Below are positions 1 through 13,225 of a stretch of DNA of 64,000 nucleotides, one piece after another; within the stretch, counting starts at the first letter, position 1, and every line of letters begins with the position of its first letter. The notes beneath the pieces were generated by a model, which searched no databases, was not told the DNA's origin, and saw nothing but the letters and a program-made list of their open reading frames with translations. The DNA lies in assembly GCF_964188315.1 (NCBI RefSeq), contig NC_135656.1, forward strand, positions 40,982,001 through 41,046,000. The letters are read 5' to 3'. The translations under genes and the position numbers were made by a program. The DNA is from Podarcis muralis (taxonomy: Eukaryota).

Positions 1-2937
1 GGATTTATAGCTCTGTGAGTGGCAAACTACAATTGCCAAGATTATTTTCTGCTGGGAAGGGAACTACTTTGAGTGTGCTTTAAAGGTATAGGATGTATAC
101 ACAACTTCTAGAACTGTGATTGGTGTGGATGTGTACTTTCTCATCTGGGGTGAAGGACCACCTGGTTATTTCCTCTTTCCATTATACCAGGAACTGATGT
201 CCCACCAAATGCCACTGGACTGCCACTCAGGGGATCCCTGACCATTGGCTGTACTGGCTGGGGCGGATTGGAATTGGAGTCCAACAGTATATGAATAGCC
301 ATACAGGTTCTCCACACACCTGCATTATATGCCTCAGGAAGTTGGTGCAGGTGGTGACTTCCAGTGTGGACACTAACAGTGCAATCCTATTGTTTGTCAC
401 TTGGGCTTACTCCAGGTGTGTGTGTATCTGTTGGTTCCTAACAGTGTAGTTGGGTTTACTTCCAGATAAGTGGGTTAAGGATTGCACTCTTAAGTCCCCT
501 AACCTCACTTTGGCAATTATTTATTATTGAGGGAGTATATGATCACACTGCTTATTCCAAGGTTGATGGACATGTCTGAAAAAAATAACATGATGTGGCC
601 TTTGAAGAATCAGATGGTATTCAGTGTTAACGCATACTTGTATCTGCATGGTAAAAAGATAATGACTTCTTTACTTTGTAGAAAGGTTGATTATGTTTCT
701 TATATTTGTCACCCCTCCGCCCCCACTTCACCATAAGGTGGTGTGTGTGTGTTTGCAGTGTGATAATAATTATTAATATGGGAAGTGGCCTTGCCAATTT
801 AGTCAATTGGTTGGTGTAAAAATACAGAAGCACTCTTGAATGTGTATTGCATTAGCCAGTCCGTTCCAGGGTGCCCAGAGCTTGGTTTGCTCTTGCAGCT
901 TGCTTAAGAGGTTGTGAAATGCAGTGTTGTTTTCTGGTCACAAGTGCTTTGTCTAAATTCCACATTCATTGTCTTCCACTGCTAGCCTGCCCATTCCCCT
1001 CAGCTCCTTATCTTGTTTTATCAATCCTCCTCCACAGCTCAGTTGTTTGACTAATTTGAAACATAATCAAATGATCATTGGTGGGTTGTAAACCACATAG
1101 ATACCTGACCTTAAATTCCAGGAGGGGTGCAATTCCCACCCCCACCCCAAGACTTTGCTTCTAGTTTTTACTGCCTAACTCTAGAGGAGTTCACATTCTT
1201 ATCCTGCGATATAGCTTGCTTTGCTCGTTTAAATACTGTATTTTATTGTTCATTTGAAATATCAGTCAGGGTCATGCCTTCAAACTTCTTTTCATGTAGC
1301 CATGGCAAGGATACTTTTTATTATTACTGTTATTCTAGATCATCTTGTATCCACTGATCTGTCCAGTTTTGGAATGTGACACCAACAAAGGATCTATTTG
1401 CAACATTGAGGCTACAAAGCTATGCATTCTTTCTCTGGATGTAAGTCCCACTGAACACAGTAGGACTTACCTTCCAAGTAAACATGGACAGGCTTTTGCT
1501 GCATATGTATTAACTAGAAGTAAATGCATTTAAGAAACAAACGCTTAACAACAGTTTTAGATGCTACAGTTTGAAGGTTCTTCCTCACTGAGGCTCACTT
1601 GGCCCAAGCATTACTTTCCCTACTCCTAGGCATTTGGTGGTATGTGACGGGCTAAATTTAGTGTTAATTGGTTTAATGCTGGTGATGTCTTGCAGGTATC
1701 TCTTTATTTTTGGTGTTGCATATTTTATTGTTATGGTTGTCAATTTCTTTTTGTGAGTTGACCTAGAACTAATTTTGTGTAAGGGGCCTACGAAATCAAA
1801 ATCAGGTTAAATAAACGATACAGTCAAGCTTTGAATTTGGGCTTCCTTGCTTAAGGCGTTTGCCATTTCAAACGCTTATGGACTGATGCTACTATCCTTT
1901 TTTTTAAAGAAACCAATACTAGTTTCAATTACAGTGTGGCTTTATATGAAGCTTTGGTATCACAGAGGAGGCTGTGAGTTTCTGTAGTAGCTAAAAGTGG
2001 AGCTTTCATTAAGAAACGAGAACTCGGGAGGGTACGCTGCTTTCATAATGAGACAGTTTTCTACACTGCCATTATGGGGCTGAAGAACCCAGCTGCCAAC
2101 TGCTACTTTGGTAGCACAATTCTCCCTCCACCCCCACTTCACCCCTTCTAGTGTCCTCTATGAAGCTTTGTTGGTAAAACCCATGTTTTGCTCACCCCTC
2201 CATCCCCCCTCCCCGTTTAGCAAATAGAAAAATGTACAGAATACCCTTGGAAGTCAATGAATGAAATCAATTTTCTAAATGCTTTTTAGAGCCTTAATTT
2301 TGTTTGCTTTTTGCAATACATATGTTTCCCCTGTAAGTAAAGAAGAATGTGGATGGGGGGTGGGGGTGGGGGTGGGGGAGAACGGGACGAACATCCACTA
2401 TCTCTAAATGAAAATAGTTTTGAAGTCCAAAGAAAGGCTTAAGTCTCAAGGGAGTCAAAGATGTACATACCCTTCTGAGAACAGTCATGGGAACAAAAGC
2501 TTCATTCATTTTAGAGTTGAGTTGGATGAACATATGAGGTGTGTTGATTTATGTCGTACTCTTGACTACCTTGAGCTCTAGTGAGTGTTGGAAAACCTCT
2601 TACAATTTTTACCTAAATGAGTGCACAGGCTAAACGATTGCCCATATGAAGCAGAAAAAGTGGCCTTAAAGCAAGAGAATCTTAACATGAGGCTGACACT
2701 CCACACCAAGTTGTTGTCTCCTCCTGGTTTTCAGTGCCTCATCTGCTGTTTATCTTTCTCTCTCCTCCCCCAGCCATACATGAAACTGTACATTCATGTT
2801 GGATCCCTCTTCCCCAAATGCTCCATGCTGCAGTCACTTTGTGTGTCAAAAGTCTGCAGACTTTGTGTTGCAGGGGGAATTGATCTAATTGGCTGCTCAC
2901 TCTTTGGATGTTTATTTATCCTTCCTTACCTCTTTAT

Positions 2938-3078
2938 CACAGAATCATAGAGTTGGAAGGGACCACAAGGATAATCTAGTCCAACCCCCTCCAATGCAGG
3001 AATCTTTTGTCCAAGGTGGGGCTGGAACTCACAATCCTGAGATTAAAAGTCTCATGCTCTGCAAGCTGAGCTATCTCC
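2938..3078 (-). mobile_element. tRNA-derived SINE with CR1-like 3' tail
   Basis: Reverse-complemented tRNA-like head (A and B boxes) followed by the CR1-type tail GGTCCCTTCCAACTCTATGATTCT. Confidence 0.7.
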
Positions 3079-6000
3079 CATCACTCCTGAACCATCTAGT
3101 CTCTGCCCTTGAATTGAATCTGGCTGCCTGAATACAGCAGGCATCTTATTTGTGCAACTTGGGAGCAGGTCCATCACTATGGGACTTAACTGTGGGGAAA
3201 CCTCGTGGGAAGGAGCCGCGAAACTCAATGGACATCGGGAATGTCCTCTACTCACCTGCTTGTCCTATATATTTAAGAACAAAAACCAATGGAGCAAAAA
3301 ATTCCAGAGCACTGCTACAGATGTTTGTGTACATTCTCTCTTCTGCTCTATCACACCTTCAATTTGTAAACTGTCAATTATGACTTTAAAGTTACGGTGT
3401 TATAAATCTTTCAAAATGCCTCCCATTGTTTTTGCTTGATGTTGACTGTTCCCTTGAGGAGTTATTCCAAGACACCAGCATAGTATATCTATTTAGATTG
3501 TATCCTGGATCTGGAACTTTGTGTAAACAAAACAAGCATCCTTCCAGGTGCCACTTCCTTCTATTTCCTCCATTGTTTTTGGCCATCTGCATTCATGAAA
3601 CATATTGGCTGATTTTTAAAAAACAGTTCACATGTATTGATGCAATAGTTTGCCTTGTACTCCTGGTGTTTGTCAATTCATAGGAGAGCAGATCTGGGAT
3701 TTACACTGGCCAGGCTCCAGACCCTGGCCCAAGACATTTTCCTACCTGAGGTGAAGCAACACACATTCTCACATCCTAAAATGAAGGTGCATAATCTCCA
3801 AAACTGGTCAAGGTATTTTGGCACCTGAGACAGAATATCCCACAATTGGCTCCCTCTTTCCCTGAGAGCAGAAATGACAAAAAATTACCTCTTCTGTACT
3901 ATAGGTTTAAAGCAGAAGCATACCATTTTAAATAGTCATAGCTTTCACCAAATAATCCTGGGAAGTGCAGTTTGTTAATAATAATAACAGCAACAACAAT
4001 AATTTTATAATATATATCCCACCTGTATGGCTGGGTTTCCCCAGCCACTCTGGGTGGTTTACAGCATATATAAAAACATAATAAAAACATTAAGGGTGCT
4101 GAAAGTTCTTAGGAAACCCCCTAATAAATGACAGTTCCCAGGAATTTGCAGGGAAACCTTGACTGATTAAAGTGGTATGATACTGCTTTAAATGTATAGT
4201 GCAGATGGGGCCAATAACAATTCACTGGATTTATTATTATTATTATTATTTGCTTCAGATCAGTTGCCTTGCTCTGTCTAATGGTAGAGTTGTCCCTGCC
4301 AGGGTCTACAATATGATAAAATGCCGTAGTGCACTATATAAATCATGTCTTGAGGCAAGAAACATTTTTTGTCTTTTTTGTGCCACTAAACAAGGGCACA
4401 TGCTCATGTCCTGCTACCTTCAAAAGAGCCAACAGTGAACAACATCCTGTAGAGGAAAATTATTTGCAAGACATCTGCTGCCTGATACTGTTGTACAGCT
4501 TTTATTCTCCTATTTTTCCCCAGTCAGTGATGAAAAGCAATCTTGTGGGGCTACTAAATTGGGGCCTCATTGCAAAGAGAAAAGGCTAGATCACCTTCTT
4601 CCTCCGGACATTATGCAGGCTGTAGAGAAAGTGGATAGGGAAAAGTTCCCCCTCCCACCTCTTCGGACTTAAAAATTTCTGTGGTGTCGTGTGCAATGGT
4701 GCCAAAATTTAGTGCTCCCCTTCCTTTTGCTTTCAATTGTTAGTCATTGTTGCAGTGCCCCCTACAGTGCTGGCTCAGCTCAGTGACCACCAGTGTGGGT
4801 GAACTGGTTGCTCTTCCCTAAACCTGCCTCTGAACTCAGGTCCATCCAATGTTGGAAGGTTCAGCTACAGCTGGGTGAAAAAACTTTGCCTGAAACCCTA
4901 ACTAGCTTCTGCAAACCAGCACTGAGCTAGACAGACCAGTGATCTGGCTGCATATAATACGGCTTCCTATGACCAGGAATAGCTGTGGCCCTTCAGATAT
5001 TGTTGGACTATAACTCTTCATCATCTGAGTCCAATAGCATACGGAGAGCTGGTGGTTAGCCAGCCCCATCTAGTTCTTTAGCTAATCCCCATTGCCACAC
5101 TTCTCCTCTCACAGTATCTGTTAATACATGGGGGCATGAGATGCAGGCTGTGTAATAAAACACTGCAATGTTTTTGCCCTGGTTGATAATTTTGTTGCTC
5201 ACACAGGGTTGAGAATGGTGAACTGGACCAGACTCATTCCTTTGCATTGGTAGAAGTGTTTAAATCTTTAAGTAGCTGGACTTTCATCTTTTGCAGAGCT
5301 GTGGAAATGACCTGCCAGCCAATAGGTTTGAGGTAGAATAGTAGTTAATAGTTGAGCTATATAGGTCAAACTTTAGGCCTTCTACCTAGAGGTTCATGCA
5401 AAGTTCAAGAACCAAGAGGAGTGGATGCTGATTAGAAGAGGCAAGACAACAGTGTAAAGCCAGTGAAGGTATAATGGTAGGGTTGCTACTAACATAGAAG
5501 AATGGAGATGAAGAAATGCAATGGAAGAGAGCAGGAGGGGAGGCAACCTTGAACTTAATCCTAAGTGGTGCTCAGGACTTAAGTGATGTACAAGTGTTCT
5601 TTGGCTGATTGGGACAGTGACCACAGCGCTGTCAAATTCAACACATTATATGCAGGTGAGCAATTGCCAAGAAAGTCCAACACAGTCACATTTGACTTCT
5701 AAAGAGGAAACTTCCCCCAAATGAGGGGATTGATAAAAAGAAAGTTGAAAGGGAAAGTGATTTGGCTCTCCAGTTAATACAGCGTTCTGATCTAAATATT
5801 TTTTTAATGTGAACTTTTCCATACAAGTGTCACATCCGCACCGTACATTTAAAGCATTCTTATACCACTTTCACAGTCAGGAGAACTGTAGGAATTATTA
5901 AGGGTGCTTGGATTTGTAGGTCTGCAAGGTCAGATTGTAAGTCTGCAAGGTCAGTATGCAGGATTCTTGTGGAAGCCTGACAGTTAAAGAGGCATAAGAG

Positions 6001-6089
6001 TGCTTTAAATGTATGGTGTAGCTATAACAAAGAACAATTATATGTTGTTATTCATTTTGACAGCTAATATCCATTAGCCGAGTATTGCT

Positions 6090-6502
6090 CAGGAACGCAG
6101 TACCTCAAGGACTGCCTTTTTCTATATGAACCTACCCCGACCCTGAGATCATCTTCTGAGGCCCTCCTTCGTGTGCCTCCTCCTTGAGAGGTCTGGAGGG
6201 TGGCAACACAAGAACAGGCCTTCTCTGCAGTGGCTCCCCATTTGTGGAATACTCTCCCCAGGGAAGTTCGCCCGGTGCCTTCATCTTTAGGCGCCAGGCA
6301 AAAACGTTCTTTTTTAACTAGGCCTTTGGTTGATCTGATGGACATCCTATAACCTTTTAAAATTTGGCTCTTTGGGGGGGGTATTGGGTTGTTGTTTTTA
6401 TTCTGATTTTATATGTTGTGATCTTTTCTGTGAACTGCCCTGAGACCTCCAGGTATAGGGTGGTATATAAATTCAATTAATAATAATAATAATAACAATA
6501 AC
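6090..6502 (+). mobile_element. L2 LINE 3' end
   Basis: YLKDCL...LRSSSEALL-like segment, GGCCTTCTCTGCAGTGGCTCCCC and a (TAA)n tail. Confidence 0.8.
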
Positions 6503-8025
6503 AACTCACTCTATAAAGCTGGGAGAAGTTGTTGTAAACTACCATAATAGAAGCTCTGCTACTAGAATGCAGACTGCAATTGAGGCAAGGTGGTACTAGG
6601 AATGAGAGAATGCCAGTGTGCTTAATGAACAAATTCCACATTAGGGACCATTAGGAAATTATTTTTTAAAATAAAAAACTTCTAATATCTTAAAGACTTA
6701 GTATAAATATATGGTGCACTTGGAATACTGTCTTAAGTTATGATCACTGGTGTTTGTGCATTGGGGTACACTTAATTTTTTTTAGGGCGGGTATCAGTGG
6801 CTATGTAAGCTGGACGTTTTATGTGAGGCAGGAGGTGAAGGGGATTTTTGCATATATCATGCAGTTTGGGGAAAGATTTGAGAAACTTTTTCAGCATACT
6901 GAGAAATTACTTCATTCTGCCAGTGGTCTGAGGGTGGGGAAGTTCCCTGTTTTTCTTTCCTGCATCAAAACATGAAATCCTGTGACATTATGGTCATGAA
7001 GAAAGGGTTTATAAATAAAAGTCTGGAGGAAGCATGGGATTGCAAAATAAAATATAGGGATGTTTGCTAAAGACCTCTCTAAAAGTTCATTTAGGCCAGA
7101 GATGTGAAACTTTTGCCCCCCTCATCCCTGATGATGTTGCACTCCAAGTTCCATCAGCCCAGCCAGCATGACCCATTGGATAGCTGATGCTGCTCTATAG
7201 AATGAGTACTGTCCAATTTGTTTTGCTTGTAACACAAATGCAAGAAAACCATCCTGGGAGCAGTGCACTGAGGCTTTTAGCAATTGTCTGGGTGCTAGTG
7301 GCCCCCAGCAAGACAAAGAAAGTCATGCTATTGGCTTATAAACACAAGATCTTAATCTAACCACAAAGACATAGCAACCCACCACAAACAAAAATACACA
7401 CTTTGCTGGCTTATAACTGCTCATGGTGATAGTACATATTTCTACGTGCAGAAATTAAGGTTTCTCTTACTGATACCCACACATCTGCTTCCGTCATCCT
7501 TATCTATGCACACATGCTTAATTTCTTACTTTATGCTGCTTCTTCCATTAAGAGACATCTTTCCATCCCCACCACCCTTACCTGCCTTGGATGAAAGGGT
7601 TTGAAGTCAATCAGTGTTTTAATAGAACTTATTCACTGCTTTTCGCCAAAAAGGCCCCAAAGTAGTTTCCCAGCATAATAAAAAGGTGCAAACTATAAAG
7701 CAAAATAACCCGACAACAACAATTAAAATTCTACTTCCTCCTTTCAGTTCTCCTGGGAAGGTCTTGATCTATACTTGGGGAGAGATGTGAGATATTGCCA
7801 TTCAATGTGGGTTGCTTCTACTCCAGGGTAGAATAGTTTTGCTTCATTCACTTACATCCACACAATGCCGTTCTCCTATGATGCCATCCTACATTTTCTC
7901 TGTGGCTCCTCCCCATTTTGTCAAACCACAAAAAGTCTGACTTTCCCCACCCAGAAAAATGGAAGAGAAGTACGATCTCTGATGGTGTAGGCGCCTTCCA
8001 TCTTTGGCTATAACTTTTATTATTA

Positions 8026-8279
8026 CAGTCATACCTCGGGTTGAAGATGCTTCGAGTTGAGCGCGTTCGAGTTTCGCTTCGCAGCAACCCGGAAGTAACG
8101 GAGCGCATTACTTCCGGGTTTCACCACTTGCACATGTGCAGGTGCTCAAAATGACGTCATGCACAGAAGCGGTGAAAAGCTAAGCGTGTGTGTGCAGACA
8201 TGCCGTCGCTAGTTACGTTTACCTCTAGATGTGAACGGGGCTCCGGAATGGATCCCGTTCGTATCTAGAGGTACCACTG
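8026..8279. mobile_element. Tc1/mariner (Tigger-like) MITE
   Basis: TIR CAGTCATACCTC / GAGGTACCACTG with flanking TA on both sides. Confidence 0.8.
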
Positions 8280-11200
8280 TATTATTATTATTAAGAGAGG
8301 CATAGCACTATAACACCATCATACTATATATAGCACAGGGCCAGGCAGCCCATGAAATGAGGTGTCCCATTTCCTTCTCCTCAGCCCACCTCCTCTACAG
8401 GTGTCCATGCCCTCTGCCCTGCTACAGCATTATTATAGTATGTGTCATTAGACTGTAGCATCATAGCGGTATGGTTATAGCAACCCTAAACCTCTTTCAT
8501 TTACAAAAGCCAGAAAAGTGTGTTGGTGATCATTATTAAAATATTTATTTACAAGAAAAACAAGCTCATAAAATGACAGCCACCACCACCAGGGTTATAG
8601 TGAGTGTTCTCTAAACTGCAAATGGCCTTGTCCACAGCAGCCAGGGTGTGCCCACTGGTATGGGAAGTATACATAGAAAAAGTTTGACACTCCTGAGAGC
8701 GTGGAGAGTCAACTGCAATTCCACTTGCAGATCACAGCAGAGGAATGGATGTCCCCTGTCTGGAAGCAGGCTTAGTCTGTTAATAGCAAGACGTAAGAAA
8801 CTATTCACATGGCATCAAACCCTTAACCTTGAGTAACCCTACCTTATGGGGAACTGTCTTCTTCATGGTAACCCTCGTGGTACTCTCTGTTATGGCTGCT
8901 TTAAAGAATGTTGGAGAAGCGAGAGACTCCTTTCGTTTATGACAACAGCCTCACTTCCTTTCTCCTACACACGCTCCTAAATGTTGGGTGTCCAGATGCT
9001 TCTATTGGCAATAAAGCCACCAGTGTATCCGATCGTGGAACCAACAGTAGCGTGGTTGCTCCTGGAATTAAGAACAGGCCTTTGTGATGATGACTAAATG
9101 TCTCCACAGGCAGGTGCAGGGAATGGGGCTGTGGCATAACAACGACTGTGCTTCATAGGTTCTATGGATTAGCTGCACTTAGGCCTCCAGCATATTTGTC
9201 GTGCTCCCCGCAGGGTCCTGTGTGGTCCTGTGTGTGTATTAGCTTTACAGCCTCTACAGCTGAAAAGCCTTTTTAGCAACATTGAAAAATAAGAAGCAAC
9301 CTGGAAATTCTATGTTGGATGAATATATCTAAAAGCTCAATCTGTGTAATATTCTCACTCTTTCTGGTCCCCTCCCTTTGACTACTTCTGCTTCTACTCT
9401 TTCTGCAAACCAGTTTCCACTTCTGCCTTGGGGTGCAGGCCTCTGAAGTCTCTCTAGTGGCTGCTGTTAAGGATGTGGGCACACACATCTCCTGTATCCT
9501 AGAATAGTGCCAGATAATCCTCAAAGGTAGGTGGTTGTGGCTTTGGAGCATCTAGGATGGGAGCTTGTGCCCCTCTAGAAACATTTCCAAGGCTGCTGAA
9601 GCTGGGGGGTGTTCATGGCATCTTATCACCACTGCGATGTGGTGGTGGGAAGAGCTGGGTCCGCATTTTCCTTATTGACAGTATGTGTTCATGCCATTTG
9701 CACAACTGCAACATTTGGCGACAGTGATATAAAAAAGGAAGGGAAATTGTGTTTTTCTGTAACAAAGCACTGAGGGTTTTCCCCTGTAATGATGGTGTGA
9801 TCTCTCACAGCAATAGAATGACAGATGTGCTTTTTGGAGGGAGAATGTCTGGATCTTCTCCAGTAACAGATTAATTGCTAAGCTCTGCTTCTTTACACTA
9901 TGATATTGAAGTCAGTAAAATCTTTGCACTTCATCACCATGATGCTGAATGTGCTCTGTGATACAGAAGTGCAGCATGTAGAATTTGGTGCATGCAGTCT
10001 TGGCTGGTTCATAAGGAGGGAGACTGGTAATGTCTGGTGTGTGTGTGTGTATTTTACATACACTCAGTTGTTCTTAAAAGTTTTGAGCCAAGAGTTCAGC
10101 AGAACATTAACAGAAACAAAATGACATATTTATTTATATACCACCCTTCAGTAAAGAATTGCCTTACTTAAACAAGTTGTAGAATCTAGCTGCATTTGGT
10201 ACAAAATCTGGGCTGTCTAGGTGCAAAAATGATTAAAAGCACTGTGTACAGAATCTCTCAGAGTTTGTGAGCTGCTTCTGTACGTCTGTGCTTTCCTCTA
10301 TCCGACGGAAGATGAATATGTACTACACAAGAAAGAGTCATTTCCACATAGTTCATGTATGTGTCAGTTTTGCATGCCTTGTGCAATTGTGGATTTCTGA
10401 GATGTCATACCTTCCAACACTTCATGGATCTAAAATGGGGAACTCTTGTAGCACTTACCCTACTTCCACCTATAGGTTGTATTAATTTATTCTGCAATAA
10501 TCTGTGCAGTAGAGACAAACACTTGACAAGGTGAGAAAGGTCAACCGTCTGGTGACATGTTGGTCAAATGGTAGTCAAGTATTCTTACTGAAACACATCT
10601 GCATTACTTTCGTGCAAGCTCTTAGCATGTGTGCTAAGAACAGATATAAGCATAAATGAAACAAATTGTAATTGGAAATACAGTAAAAGCATAGATAAGG
10701 CAATAGCTCAGAAGATTTTGTTTCAGGAATAGCCAACATGGGGTTGTAAATACCTAACCTTTACTCAGAGTAGCCCCATTGAAATTAATGGATTGAATAC
10801 AACCCAGGATCCCCTCCAGATGTTATGACCAGTAGCCAGAGATGGGAATGTCTAAGGAGTTGATCACTCTGTTTGAGTCTTCTGTGTTGAGTTAATGGGT
10901 AATGGTGATTTTGTGATTGCTGGTGTGCTGCCTTTCCACCCAACAACTTTCAGATTATGACAGTAAATTATTAAACACATTTCTTCATGCTTTCCTGTTC
11001 CCCCAAATCCAGCTATAGGTTTTGGAACTTGTATTGGTGCTTAATCAACCAGCCTCTTTTCCATATATTGAGACTGGGCACTCATAATTCAGTTTCTTTT
11101 TAGGTTCCCTTCCCTTGAAGTGCTGCAGAATGAAAAGAAGTCAAATCTGCCACAGAACACATGATGCTTGTACAGCAGAATTTAATCTGGGACTTGGGCT

Positions 11201-11705
11201 GCACATAGTTATGAATGGAGAACGTTTGTTTGAAACCAATTGAGAAAGTGAACTTTGTTGTCAGCAGAGTTGGTGCACTGGAAATGAAAAGCAGAAGTGG
11301 GGAGAAAAAGAGGAACTGAATGGGCAAAATGTTAAATTATCATTTGGTTGATGCTGTTGGATTCCCCCAGCCCACCCTTCTTCCATTCCATACACAAACA
11401 AACAAACACACTTCCCTCCTGTCTATTTGTACAGAGAATAATGCTGACTGTTCTAGGAGATGCCTGAGTCTAGCACAGTGTTTCCCAACCTTTTTTGGGC
11501 AAAGGCGCACTTGTTTCATGAAAAAAATCTCGAGGCACACCACCATTAGAAAATGTTTAAAAAATTAACTCTGTGCCTATATTGACTATATATAAAGTAA
11601 CTCTCTTTAATAGGAATCAAATAAACACAAAGATAGTATTTTATAATTACTTTATTATGAAATAGTAAGTAAACAGAAATATGAAAAATTATAAAATACT
11701 TTATT

Positions 11706-11874
11706 CAGTGCGCAACCTGGGCCTGTTTACCATGCGCACAACATCATCCAACACATGAACTAGGTCTGCTGGTAAAGTCTTGGCTACGAGGGCCTCACGG
11801 TGCAAAAAACAATGCGTAACAATCACATCTGGATTTCTTTCCTTCACTCTGCTTACAAAGGCTTTGAAACCTTC
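11706..11874 (-). pseudogene. hAT Charlie/Buster transposase fragment, internally deleted
   Basis: Minus strand reads [45 protein letters not shown] (hAT CxxH motif). It is joined, in another frame, to the typical C-terminus QAQVAH* followed by AATAAA. Confidence 0.88.
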
Positions 11875-11883
11875 CTAGATATC

Positions 11884-11950
11884 ATCGTCATTTGCATGCT
11901 GTTTCCATAGTTAAAAACCATGCTCGAGGCGGCTTACGACATGGCAATAT
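11884..11950 (-). mobile_element. LINE (L2/CR1-like) 3' tail within the captured segment
   Basis: Reverse complement TGTCGTAAGCCGCCTCGAGCATGGTTTTTAACTATGGAAA...GATGAT resembles the tail at about 52880-52950. Confidence 0.55.
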
Positions 11951-12679
11951 TTACATAATTACCCAAATGCACTCATAAGAAACCGTATCAAAGCGCCCAC
12001 AACGAAATTAAGCAATCCCCACAAAAGTGCCTTAATCCTAATTATAGGGTTTTGGGGAGAGAGTGCTAAAGTGCCTCTCATCCACCAGAAGATCCTTAAA
12101 GTGAATTTCCCAAAACTGGACTCATATTGGTATGTTAATCTAGAACCAGGAGTGTTTCCAGGATGTGAACCTGCTGTTTTGAGGGCGTAAAACACCTCCT
12201 CCACAATTCTTATATTCCAGAATATAAGAATTTAATGTGTGACCACAACGGCCTCATGCTTACTTAAACCTATTGACAGCCCCTAGTAATTTGTACTAGG
12301 ATGTCAAAGTCATGATACAGAATGTGCAAAAGTACAAGTTTTAATCAGCCCTCATTGCCGGTGGATTTTGCTGCATGGTATGTTCAAAATTACATCTGTT
12401 CGTGGCGGAGGTTTCTGGATTTCAGCAAAGGCTCCTAACTGCTTGTTTGCATTATACTATTAAAGTGCTTTCAAAATTATGAAAATATGCAGGATCCTAA
12501 ATAAATCCTTTCGCATCAAAGGGTACGGAGTGGTAAGGATGACTGAAAACAAAGAATTTGGCAATCTGAAGTGGCTTAGTCTCTCTCTCTCTCTGTGTTT
12601 TTAAGGGGCTAACAAAATCCATCAAAGCCATTAAAGCATAAACTCACAGATTTTGTAAAAAAGTGAGAGTGGGATTTTG

Positions 12680-13225
12680 TTTATCATGGTGTGGAAGAGC
12701 CTTTGCAAACGCAGTTCAAACGAGGGTGGAACAAAAGCTTGCCCAACTGCAGTTTTTAGCGGAGTCTTATTGCAGCGAAAGGGGGCGCCGATGCCCACGC
12801 AGGCATTTCCAGCAGCTCTTCCTCTTCCTCCTCCGCCTCTTTTTGCGTTGCCAGCAAAGAAGGAATGAGGAAGAAAAGGCGCAGCGGCGAAGAAGCGCGC
12901 CTTCTCAGAACGCCGCTGCTGCCCGAGGACTACATTTCCCAGAATGCCGCGGCCGCCCAGCCGAGATGCGCCCTGATTGGACGGCGTTGCTAAGCCGCTC
13001 GCGCCGGGGCTGAGCGTTCGGCAGAGGCGCGCGCCATAAGATGGGCGTCGCGCGCGGAGCCTGGCTCGGGTCGCCAATGCTGTGGGCGGACATGGCGAGC
13101 TGGGCGGGACTCGGGCGCGCGCTGGGCGCCTGCTGCCTCCTGGGCCTCTTCTGCGGCGCTGCGCTGCCCTTCTCGCTGCAGGGCGCGAACGAGAAAGCGC
13201 CCGCCTCCCTCCCACGGCACACCAG
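12680..13225 (+). promoter_or_regulatory. CpG-island promoter inside the hAT element: ZNF143/THAP11 motif (12929-12947) and inverted CCAAT box (12973-12980)
   Basis: Dense CpG against a CpG-depleted background. ACTACATTTCCCAGAATGC and CTGATTGG lie about 60-110 bp upstream of ATG 13041. Confidence 0.75.
13041..13225 (+). CDS. Captured first coding exon of an unidentified secretory or membrane protein gene (signal-peptide-like)
   Basis: MGVARGAWLGSPMLWADMASWAGLGRALGACCLLGLFCGAALPFSLQGANEKAPASLPRHT, three in-frame ATGs, uncharged hydrophobic core, donor CAG|GTAACG at 13225/13226. No matching downstream exons found, and the gene was not recognised. Confidence 0.55.

Noticed and set aside
2355-2389. 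(GGGGGT)n potential G-quadruplex
   Set aside because: Simple repeat with no associated promoter or gene feature.
2990-3078. tRNA genes (also near 32280-32340, 45010-45075 and 51150-51230)
   Set aside because: Degenerate tRNA-derived SINE heads attached to SINE bodies, not intact tRNAs.
8560-9660. CpG-containing, coding-looking minus-strand stretch with faint Harbinger-transposase resemblance and an AATAAA near 8545
   Set aside because: All frames are repeatedly interrupted and I could not match a convincing motif; needs a profile search.
1-11400. Exons of a neighbouring gene such as NTN1
   Set aside because: No recognisable netrin or other coding exon; the region reads as repeat-rich intergenic DNA.
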